Under the pieces are notes generated by a model. That model was given only the letters and a program-made list of their open reading frames with translations. It made no database searches and was not told the DNA's origin. Both the position numbers and the translations under genes were made by a program. This document shows, in pieces, positions 51,357 to 58,841 of a stretch of 64,000 bases of DNA (position 1 is its first letter; each line of letters starts with the position of its first letter). The stretch is from Candidatus Eiseniibacteriota bacterium (GTDB taxonomy: Bacteria > Eisenbacteria > RBG-16-71-46 > CAIMUX01 > VGJL01). The stretch lies in the NCBI GenBank assembly GCA_041946735.1, contig JBHGAY010000010.1:1-64000 (forward strand), given 5' to 3'.

Positions 51357-52598
51357 ATGTTCCGTCCGTTGCACGCGCTGCAGCAGTTGCGCTCGTCTTC
51401 CGGGCGGAAGCTCCTGTGGGTCGCGCTGCTCTACTTCGCGCAAGGGCTCCCGTTCGGCATCTTCCAGGAAGCGCTCCCCGTCTACTTTCGCGTCCATGGC
51501 GTGAGCCTGAAGCAGATCGGCTTCTTCTCGCTGCTCGGGCTTCCGTGGAGCGCAAAAGTCTTCTGGTCGCCGCTCGTCGACCGCTTCGGCCGGATGCAGG
51601 TATGGATTCTCGTTCCGCTGCTCGCCATGGCGGCGCTCCTGCTCGCGATCCCTTCGCTCGATCCTGCCCATCCCTCGCTCTGGCTCTGGACGGCGCTCCT
51701 CGCCTTCACGATGGCGTCGGCGACGCAGGACATCGCGATCGATGGCTACACGATCGGCTTCGTCGATCGCCGCCAGATGGGGACCGCCAACGGCATTCGA
51801 GTCTCCGCGTACCGGGTCGCCTTGATCCTCGGCGGCGGTGGCCTCGTCGCTCTGGCCGGCACGCTCAGCTGGCGGACGCTCTTCGCCGTTACGGCGCTCG
51901 TCTTCGTCGCGCTCGCCGCCTCGGTCGCGTTCACGCCGCGCATCCCGCGCGACCCGGCAGAGCGGCGCGATCCGATCCGTCCGTTGCTGCGGTGGCTCCG
52001 ACGGCCGGCCGCTCCCGCCGCGCTCGCGTTCATCCTCGTCTACAAGCTGGGCGACAGCGCGATGGGACCGATGGTCCGCCCGTTCTGGGTGGACCGCGGC
52101 ATGAGCCTCTTCGAGATCGGGATGATCACGACCACCTTCGGCGTCTTCGCGTCGATCGTCGGCGCGCTCGCCGGCGGGTGGCTCACCTCGCGGATCGGAA
52201 TCCTGCGCGGCTTGTGGGTCCTCGGCCTCTTCCAGGCGATTTCGAACCTGGTCTACGCCGGCGTCGCATTGGCCGGCGGAGGACGCGCCGGGATCTACAC
52301 CGCTTCGCTCTTCGAGTCGTTCTCGAGCGGCCTCGGGACGGCGGCGTTCCTCGCCTTCCTCATGTCGATCTGCGAGCGGGACCATGCGGCCACGCAGTAC
52401 GCGCTGCTCTCCGCTCTCTTCGGGTTCACCCGCTCGATCGCCGGAGGACTGAGCGGCTGGGGGACCGAGCGGATGGGCTACGCCCCCTACTTCGCCTTCA
52501 CGTTCCTCCTCGCGCTGCCCGCGTATGCGCTGTTGCCCTGGGTGAGCCGCTACCTGCGGGCCGCGCGCGCCGAGACGGAAGGAGAGGCGGGCGGCTGA
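51357..52598 (+). CDS. AmpG-like MFS transporter
   Basis: LYFAQGLP, LPWSAKVFWSPLVD, SATQDIAIDG, YKLGD and ATQYALLS. Start uncertain. Confidence 0.9.
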   Translation: MFRPLHALQQLRSSSGRKLLWVALLYFAQGLPFGIFQEALPVYFRVHGVSLKQIGFFSLLGLPWSAKVFWSPLVDRFGRMQVWILVPLLAMAALLLAIPSLDPAHPSLWLWTALLAFTMASATQDIAIDGYTIGFVDRRQMGTANGIRVSAYRVALILGGGGLVALAGTLSWRTLFAVTALVFVALAASVAFTPRIPRDPAERRDPIRPLLRWLRRPAAPAALAFILVYKLGDSAMGPMVRPFWVDRGMSLFEIGMITTTFGVFASIVGALAGGWLTSRIGILRGLWVLGLFQAISNLVYAGVALAGGGRAGIYTASLFESFSSGLGTAAFLAFLMSICERDHAATQYALLSALFGFTRSIAGGLSGWGTERMGYAPYFAFTFLLALPAYALLPWVSRYLRAARAETEGEAGG

Positions 52599-52776
52599 CC
52601 GGCCGCGGCGCCGCCTCCGCTCGCGCGGTTTCCCCGCGGGATGATCTCCCCGGCGCCCGCTGGCGCCGTACGTCCGCTAGACTAGGCGTAGAGCAGGGCC
52701 GCGAAGGTCCAGCCATCGAATGCGAGCGAATCTGCTGCCTTGCGAACGTGCGAATGGTTGCGACCAAGGAGGCAAC

Positions 52777-54105
52777 ATGACAGGTCCTTCCGCCCGGCTC
52801 TCCCCGAGGCGTTCCTTCCTCGACAGGCTCGGCGTCCTCCCGGCTTTCCTGCTTCCCCTGCTTCCCCTTCTTCTCCTGCTTCCCATGTTGTCCCTGATTC
52901 TCTGCTCCTGCGAGGTGTCGCGGCGTGACATGGACGGGGATCGCGCAGCCCGAGCCGACACACTCAGCGACGTGTCGACACCCGCCGGCGGCTTCGATGA
53001 GAGCGACAGCGCCGCAATCGAGATGGGGAGGTTCGACGAAAGCTGGAAGGGGCCGGCTGGCTCTTGGCGTCCGCGCGGGACGGGCCGAGACTCCTCCGCC
53101 TCGGGCATGGCGAGGGCCTTGGCCGCCGCCGCTCCGTTCGACTCGACGGATGCGTTCTCGATCCTCCGCTTGCAGATCTCGCTCGATCGAGCCCGATTCT
53201 CGCCGGGCGTCGTGGACGGCCGCTGGGGGAAGAACACCGCGAAGGCGGTCTACTGGTACCAGCGCGCCCATGAGCTCCAGGCGACCGGGGTGCCCGATGC
53301 CGCGACTCTTCGCAGCCTCGAAGGGACGGAGGCGGGCGCCGCGTCGCTGGACCCTTTGGCGACCTACACCGTCCAGGCGTCCGACCTGATGGGGACGTTC
53401 GTGGACGTTCCATCTGACATCTACGAGAAGGCGAAGCTGTCCTGCCTCTGTTACCAGTCTCCTGCGGAACAGATCGCGGAGCGCTTCCACACGACCTGGC
53501 GCGCCCTGGCTGCCTGGAACCAAGGGATCGATCTTTCCAGGCTCCAGAGGGGGACGGTCCTACGCGTGCCACGCGTGGAGCCGATGCGCCTGCCGGGCGC
53601 CGGCGAGGACGTCGCGGAGAGGCAGACATCCGGCACGAGGCCGGCGCTGGGCGCGCCCGGCGCCGCGGGCTCCGCGGAAGGCGCCGCCCCTCCGACGATC
53701 GCGCGCGTGGTCGTCTCGAAGAAAGGCTTCTATACCCTCGCGCTCGATCCCCAGGGACGGATCCTCTACGAGTTCCCGTCGACCGTCGGATCGAAGTACG
53801 ACCCGTCGCCGAGCGAGACAGTCGAGGTCGATGCGATCGCCTGGAATCCCCACTTCCACTATCAGCCCGCGCTCTTCCACGAGGTGCCCGACACCGACCC
53901 GGATGCGATGCTCCCGCCTGGACCGAACTCCCCGGTCGGCCTCGTCTGGATCGACCTCTCGAAGCCGCACTATGGGATGCACGGGACGGCCTCGCCGGAG
54001 ACGATTGGGTACGTGACCTCGCACGGATGCGTCCGCCTGACCAATTGGGATGCGATCTTTCTGGCGCAGCATCTCTCCAAGGGGACGCCGGTCGAGTTCC
54101 AGTAG
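52777..54105 (+). CDS. L,D-transpeptidase with a peptidoglycan-binding domain and a LysM-like segment
   Basis: FSPGVVDGRWGKNT..YQ (PG-binding); IAERFHTT..WN (LysM-like); PGPNSPVG..YGMHGT..SHGCVRL catalytic motif. AAGGAGG precedes ATG 52777. Confidence 0.94.
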   Translation: MTGPSARLSPRRSFLDRLGVLPAFLLPLLPLLLLLPMLSLILCSCEVSRRDMDGDRAARADTLSDVSTPAGGFDESDSAAIEMGRFDESWKGPAGSWRPRGTGRDSSASGMARALAAAAPFDSTDAFSILRLQISLDRARFSPGVVDGRWGKNTAKAVYWYQRAHELQATGVPDAATLRSLEGTEAGAASLDPLATYTVQASDLMGTFVDVPSDIYEKAKLSCLCYQSPAEQIAERFHTTWRALAAWNQGIDLSRLQRGTVLRVPRVEPMRLPGAGEDVAERQTSGTRPALGAPGAAGSAEGAAPPTIARVVVSKKGFYTLALDPQGRILYEFPSTVGSKYDPSPSETVEVDAIAWNPHFHYQPALFHEVPDTDPDAMLPPGPNSPVGLVWIDLSKPHYGMHGTASPETIGYVTSHGCVRLTNWDAIFLAQHLSKGTPVEFQ

Positions 54106-54246
54106 TCCCGCTCGGTCTCGTCGCGGCGTGGCGGGGGGGCGCGGAATCGAGCCGGGGCCGCCGGGGCCGCCGAGCGGGGGGCGGGTGGCGGCGGCCGGCC
54201 GGCTCGTTGCTCCGGTCCGGCTGCACCGTTTATCGTCCCTCCACGT

Positions 54247-56004
54247 ATGCAGCCGCAGCGCAAGCGAAGAGGGAAGGAAAGGATCGGGGCGAATCCTCGC
54301 TCGCTCCTCACGGGTGGGGCGCGCGAGCTCGCGATCGTCGCCGGTCTCGCGATCCTCCTCTACGTGAACCTCCTCGGCAACGCGCTCGTGTTCGATGACG
54401 CGGAGCTGATCCGCAAGAACGAAGCGCTCCACCGCCCGTTCGATCTCGAGGCGATCTTCGGCGAGAGGTACTGGGGGAGCGTGGTCGAGAACGACACGCT
54501 CTACCGGCCGCTGACGAGCCTCACCTTCGCCTGGAACTATGGGCTGAACCGCGCGCTCGGACTGCCGGGCGACGCGCCGGCCGGCTATCACGCCGCCAAC
54601 GTCCTTCTCCACGGGATCGTGAGCGGTCTCGTCCTGCTCCTGCTGCGGCGCGCCGGGATGCGACACGGGGGCGCGCTCGCCGGCGCGCTGCTGTTCGCGT
54701 CGCTGCCGATCCACACCGAGGCGGTCGCGTCGGTCGTCGGCCGCGCCGATCTTCTCGCCGCGCTTTTCGGGATCGTGTTCCTCCTGGCGCACCGCGGACG
54801 GTGGCGCCTGGCGGCCGCGCCAGCGGCGCTCCTTCTCGCTCTCTTCTCCAAGGAGTCCGCGGTCGCCTTCGCCGTGGTGGCCCTCTGGGGCGACCTGCTC
54901 CTCGGCGCTCCGGACCGCGGTCTCGCCCGATACGCTTCCTACGCTGCGGCGATCGCGCTCTGGCTCGCCGTCCGGACTGCCGTCGTTCACGGCACGACGA
55001 TGAAGATCCTTCCGCTCGACAACCCGCTCGTGACCGCCGCGGCAGCCGATCGGATCGCGACGGCTGGCGCCGTCCAGCTCCGCTACCTCCTCCTCGAGCT
55101 GCTGCCGGTCCGGCTCTCCTCCGACTACTCGCTCGCGCAGATCCCGCTCGCCCGCCCGTTCGCTCCCGCCTTCCTCGGCTTCGTGGTCGTCCTCGCTGCC
55201 GCCGCGTTCGCCGTCTGGCGCCTGCGCCGTTCGGCTCCGCTCGGCGCCTTCGCGATCGGTGCGTACGCGATCCTCTTTCTCCCGGTTTCGAACTTCCTCG
55301 TGACGATCGGGACGATCCTCGGGGAGCGGCTCGCCTACGCGCCGTCGATCTTCCTCTGCGCGATTCTGGGGCTGCTCGCCGTCGCGCTCGAGATTCGGAT
55401 CGGCAAGCGGGGGACCGTCGCCCTCGTCGCGACCATCCTCGTCCTCTTCGCGGGCCGCACCGTCGCGCGGAACTCGACGTGGAAGAGCGAGGACTCCTTC
55501 TACCGGACGCAAATCGCGACCGCCCCGAACAGCGCGAAAGCAAACTTCAACTTCGCTCGCTTGCTTCAGGAGCAGGGAAAGTCGGGCGAAGCGATCGAGC
55601 GCTACCGGCGAGCCGTCGCCATCTGGCCGAACTACGTCGACGCCTGGAACAACCTGGGGGCCGTGCTGAAGGACTCCGGGCGGTTCGACGAGGCCGTTCC
55701 GGCGCTGCGCCGGGCGGCGCAGATCCAGCCCAGCTATCCACGGCCCTACTTCAACCTCGGTCAGATCTACCACCTGCGGGGAGACTTCGACGCCGCGATG
55801 GAGATGTACCGCATCGCGGCGCGGCTGAATCCACGCAACGCGGCGATCCTGTCCAACATGGCGGCGATCCACTTCGATCGCGGCGAGTGGGACGAGGCCG
55901 AGGCGCTCTGGCGCCAGGCGCTTGCGATCGACCCTGCCTACGAGAACGCGCGCCGAAACCTGCAGCAGCTTCAGGACGAGCGGAAGCGGACCGCGAGGCC
56001 GTAG
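54247..56004 (+). CDS. TMTC-like GT-C membrane glycosyltransferase with TPR repeats
   Basis: VFDD, YRPLT, YHAANVLLH, HTEAVASVVGRADLL, LFSKE, SSDYS and ERLAYAPS, then about four TPRs. Confidence 0.85.
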   Translation: MQPQRKRRGKERIGANPRSLLTGGARELAIVAGLAILLYVNLLGNALVFDDAELIRKNEALHRPFDLEAIFGERYWGSVVENDTLYRPLTSLTFAWNYGLNRALGLPGDAPAGYHAANVLLHGIVSGLVLLLLRRAGMRHGGALAGALLFASLPIHTEAVASVVGRADLLAALFGIVFLLAHRGRWRLAAAPAALLLALFSKESAVAFAVVALWGDLLLGAPDRGLARYASYAAAIALWLAVRTAVVHGTTMKILPLDNPLVTAAAADRIATAGAVQLRYLLLELLPVRLSSDYSLAQIPLARPFAPAFLGFVVVLAAAAFAVWRLRRSAPLGAFAIGAYAILFLPVSNFLVTIGTILGERLAYAPSIFLCAILGLLAVALEIRIGKRGTVALVATILVLFAGRTVARNSTWKSEDSFYRTQIATAPNSAKANFNFARLLQEQGKSGEAIERYRRAVAIWPNYVDAWNNLGAVLKDSGRFDEAVPALRRAAQIQPSYPRPYFNLGQIYHLRGDFDAAMEMYRIAARLNPRNAAILSNMAAIHFDRGEWDEAEALWRQALAIDPAYENARRNLQQLQDERKRTARP

Positions 56005-56006
56005 CG

Positions 56007-56444
56007 CTACAGCGGGTGAGCCGGCCCACCCGCGATCGTGTCGCCCCCCGCGCTGGTCAGACGTGCGCTTACGGTAGTCAGATAACGCAGGACGAGTGTC
56101 GCTTGACGCGAGTCGAGCTTCGCCCGAGGCGCCATCCTCTCCATCACCGGTTCCCACCGCTCGGTAGCAACCGCCTGCGGGCGGGGGAGCTGGTGGCATC
56201 CGGCGCACTTCAGGAGATAGAGACGGTACCCCTCGTCCATGTCGGCGGCCGTCGCGCCGGGCCATCGCGCCGCCGCCCATGCGTCGTCGAGCGGGGTCGG
56301 CTCGAAGCGGGCCGCGGCGCAGGCGAGGATCGCGGCGGCGGCGACCGCGGCCGCGAGCGGCAGAGCCGCCGGGAACGGCAACCGCGTCGCGGGCGGCAGC
56401 GCCGCCGCGCGGCGCAACCGGACGATGCGGAGCGCCACCCTCAC
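56007..56444 (-). CDS. Small monoheme c-type cytochrome, possibly a lipoprotein
   Basis: GTGA overlap with the upstream stop. Hydrophobic leader ending ILAC. GYRLYLLKCAGCHQL, then WEPVMERM (candidate axial Met). Confidence 0.82.
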   Translation of the reverse strand: MRVALRIVRLRRAAALPPATRLPFPAALPLAAAVAAAAILACAAARFEPTPLDDAWAAARWPGATAADMDEGYRLYLLKCAGCHQLPRPQAVATERWEPVMERMAPRAKLDSRQATLVLRYLTTVSARLTSAGGDTIAGGPAHPL

Positions 56445-57352
56445 AGATCCACCCCGAGCAGCAGCCGCGCTTCGACCCGCTCGTGCCGCGCAAGGTCCAG
56501 GCCGTCCTTCGTCTTGCCCTCGAAAGCGGCGATCTGCGCGAGGACGGTCGCCGTCAGCCAGAACGAATCGGCCGCGTAGCGGAACACCGGCCCCGTGAAG
56601 AGGACGCTGCTTTCCAAGCCCTCCCCGGCGGGGATTTCGTTGACGCTGCGAACCTCGATGCCGCCGGCGACCGCGGGACCGACGAAGCGGCAGATGCCCA
56701 GGTCGCCCTCGAGCGCCGCCTCCCGCTCGGTCTCGGCCGCCGCGTAGTCCCACTCGTGCTCGAAGACCGCGTTGAACGCGCCGTACCAGTCGCCTCTGCG
56801 GGAATCGAGGATCAACTTCCCCTCGATCTCCGACTCCGCTGGACCGAAGGACGGCTCGACGTAGAGCGCGACACCAAGCGGCTGCGCCACCGGATCGGCG
56901 AGTTTGTACTTCCACTCCAGGCTGATTCCGTTCCATTCGAACTCGGAATCGCGCGTTCCTCCCGCGTCCTCTCTCTGGATGGCGGTCCAGTTGAGGTAGA
57001 AGGCGGCTTGCAGCCGGTCCGTCACTCCCGCCTCCAGCTCGAGGCGATGGTCGACACGCGCGTAGAAGCGCTCCCTTCCGAGGCGGAAGGTGGTCCACGG
57101 CTCGAGCTCGACGGCGCCCTCGTTCAGGACGTCGGAGCCGTAGACGTATCCGAAGTTGCGGATCGACGCGCTCGCCGGCTCCGCGCCGATCGTGAGGGTG
57201 AACGTGAGCGCGACTCCGAGCGCAACCACGAGTCCGGGCGCGAGCCCGAGTCCGAGCGCGAGCGCGCGCCCTAGCGCGAAGACGCGCGGGAGCGCGGGGG
57301 CAAGTGGGGAGAAGGCGACACTCGCTCTGATTGGCCTTGCGATCTTTGACAT
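56441..57352 (-). CDS. Putative outer-membrane beta-barrel protein (DUF6662-like)
   Basis: GGTGGAGG-ATG. Long leader, then RNFGYVYGSDVL..ELEPWTT..RLELEAGVTDRLQ..EWKYKL..ALYVE. Alternating amphipathic strands; ends ARLLLGVDL. Confidence 0.75.
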   Translation of the reverse strand: MSKIARPIRASVAFSPLAPALPRVFALGRALALGLGLAPGLVVALGVALTFTLTIGAEPASASIRNFGYVYGSDVLNEGAVELEPWTTFRLGRERFYARVDHRLELEAGVTDRLQAAFYLNWTAIQREDAGGTRDSEFEWNGISLEWKYKLADPVAQPLGVALYVEPSFGPAESEIEGKLILDSRRGDWYGAFNAVFEHEWDYAAAETEREAALEGDLGICRFVGPAVAGGIEVRSVNEIPAGEGLESSVLFTGPVFRYAADSFWLTATVLAQIAAFEGKTKDGLDLARHERVEARLLLGVDL

Positions 57353-57441
57353 CCTCCACCTTCTTTCCTGGTGCCCTCTCGGCGGCAGGCGAAGCTGACG
57401 CGAGGCGGGGGTTCGGGTAAGGGCTCGGGGTGCAGGACCGC

Positions 57442-57477
57442 TGGCCTCTGGCTTCTGGTCTCGGGGCTCCTGGCTTG
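57442..57477 (-). repeat. Five tandem heptamers in the mRNA leader: CAAGCCA-G-GAGCCCC-GAGACCA-GAAGCCA-GAGGCCA
   Basis: Plus-strand TGGCCTC, TGGCTTC, TGGTCTC, GGGGCTC and TGGCTTG at 57442, 57449, 57456, 57463 and 57471. Confidence 0.8.
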
Positions 57478-57526
57478 TCGGCAGCCTCCGGCGAGGGAGG
57501 CGGGATTGGCGACGGAATCGCCGCCC

Positions 57527-57775
57527 CTAGGTCCGGATTCGTGAAGATGCGGGTTCGATGCCGATCTCGATCTCCACCGTGCGCTTGCAGCGGCGGCATT
57601 TGAGTTCGAGGACGGAGCCCCGGCGTATCGCAAGGAGGCTGCCGCAGGCGCAGCGGACATCGCTCCCCGGCAGGGATGCGGACGCCTCTCCGCAGTGGTC
57701 GCAAAGCAGTCTGTTCCCTCGGGAAAGGGGAGCTCGTTTCTGGGGGCTCGTCTTCTCGGTCGGTCCGTCGAACAA
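57527..57775 (-). CDS. Com-family (phage Mu Com-like) zinc-finger protein
   Basis: DVRCACGSLLA..VLELKCRRCKR pattern plus an extra CDHC. GGGAGG lies 7 nt before TTG 57775. Confidence 0.8.
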   Translation of the reverse strand: MFDGPTEKTSPQKRAPLSRGNRLLCDHCGEASASLPGSDVRCACGSLLAIRRGSVLELKCRRCKRTVEIEIGIEPASSRIRT

Positions 57776-57797
57776 CGCCTGTCCTCCCTCTTACCTA

Positions 57798-57814
57798 TTG
57801 AGACAAGGTCTCAA
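57798..57814. promoter_or_regulatory. Perfect palindrome TTGAGAC-AAG-GTCTCAA, Fur-family-box-like
   Basis: 7-3-7 inverted repeat 22 nt upstream of the Com-like start. Shares the TGAGA..TCTCA arms and 15-bp core geometry of TGAGAATnATTCTCA-type boxes. Confidence 0.65.
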
Positions 57815-58156
57815 CACAACGCAACCTGCGGAGACTACCGGCGGCCGGGCCGATCGTCAAGGGACGGACGAAAGGATTTCGCGGAGGATCGCCGCGCCGC
57901 CAGCGCGGAGCCGGCAGTGCGCAGCCGCCCGCGGGCAGCCGCCCGCGGGCGCCGCCAGCGCGCGCGCCGCCAGCGCTCAGTCGGCAGCGCGCAGCCGCCC
58001 ACGCGCTGTCTCCCTGGAGCGCGGCCACGGCGCCGGGCGCTCCCCTGAGGCGTCGCACCGCCGCAATGGGGCCGTGCCGAGTTGAATTGCCATGCGAGAG
58101 GACTAGGCTTGGCAGTGGGCGATCCGACGGGGCGGACGCCCAAAGGGAGGTTCGAA

Positions 58157-58828
58157 ATGCGCGGCACGAGCTTCTCGAGATCTCGGCCGCTCCATGCGGC
58201 CCACACCGCCCGGCTCTTTTCCCTCCTCGTCGCTCTCGGCTCGTTGCCTGCGGGGCAAGCGGCGCTCGCCGAGGAGCAGACCTGGTCCTTCCAGACGGAG
58301 ACATGGCAGCTCGAGATGGGTCGCAAGCCGGTGCCCCCCATCCCGCTCGAAGCTCCGGAAACGATGGAGCAGATGAAGTCCAAGCCGGGCATGCTGGCGT
58401 ACCTCGCGTCCAATGGCAATCTCGTCGTGCAGCGGGTTCGCGACACGCAGGAGACGATGGTCTGGTTCTCCGGGAGAATCGGACCGATCGCAAGCCTGGA
58501 CGAGCATGCCGACGATACGTTCCTCTGGCCGCAGACCCATCGCCTCGTGCTCCTCATCTCCGGAGGCGGAGTCGTCCCGGTCCGCGAGATTCTCGCGATG
58601 AAGGGGTTCACGCTATCGACATTCGCCTGCCAGATCGCGTTCCTCTATCCATCCAAGAACCCGATCGCGTACCGGGACATCATGATGGAATCGCCGAGAG
58701 GGAAGATCTGCTCCATCTACCTCGGATTCCCGAAGACCTTCGATCCGACGAAGGCCGAGGAGATCGATCTCCTTCCCAAGGAGGACGTCGAGAAGAAGGA
58801 CGCCGGGAAAGGGGGTGACGGCCAGTAG
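58157..58828 (+). CDS. Exported hypothetical protein
   Basis: GGGAGG precedes ATG 58157. Signal peptide ending ALA-EE. Coding-like codon usage; no recognised domain. Confidence 0.7.
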   Translation: MRGTSFSRSRPLHAAHTARLFSLLVALGSLPAGQAALAEEQTWSFQTETWQLEMGRKPVPPIPLEAPETMEQMKSKPGMLAYLASNGNLVVQRVRDTQETMVWFSGRIGPIASLDEHADDTFLWPQTHRLVLLISGGGVVPVREILAMKGFTLSTFACQIAFLYPSKNPIAYRDIMMESPRGKICSIYLGFPKTFDPTKAEEIDLLPKEDVEKKDAGKGGDGQ

Positions 58829-58841
58829 CCACCAGCGCGCG

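Noticed and set aside
57527..57775. Com-like gene as evidence of a prophage
   Set aside because: No mom/methylase, structural, integrase or transposase genes nearby, and no compositional break.
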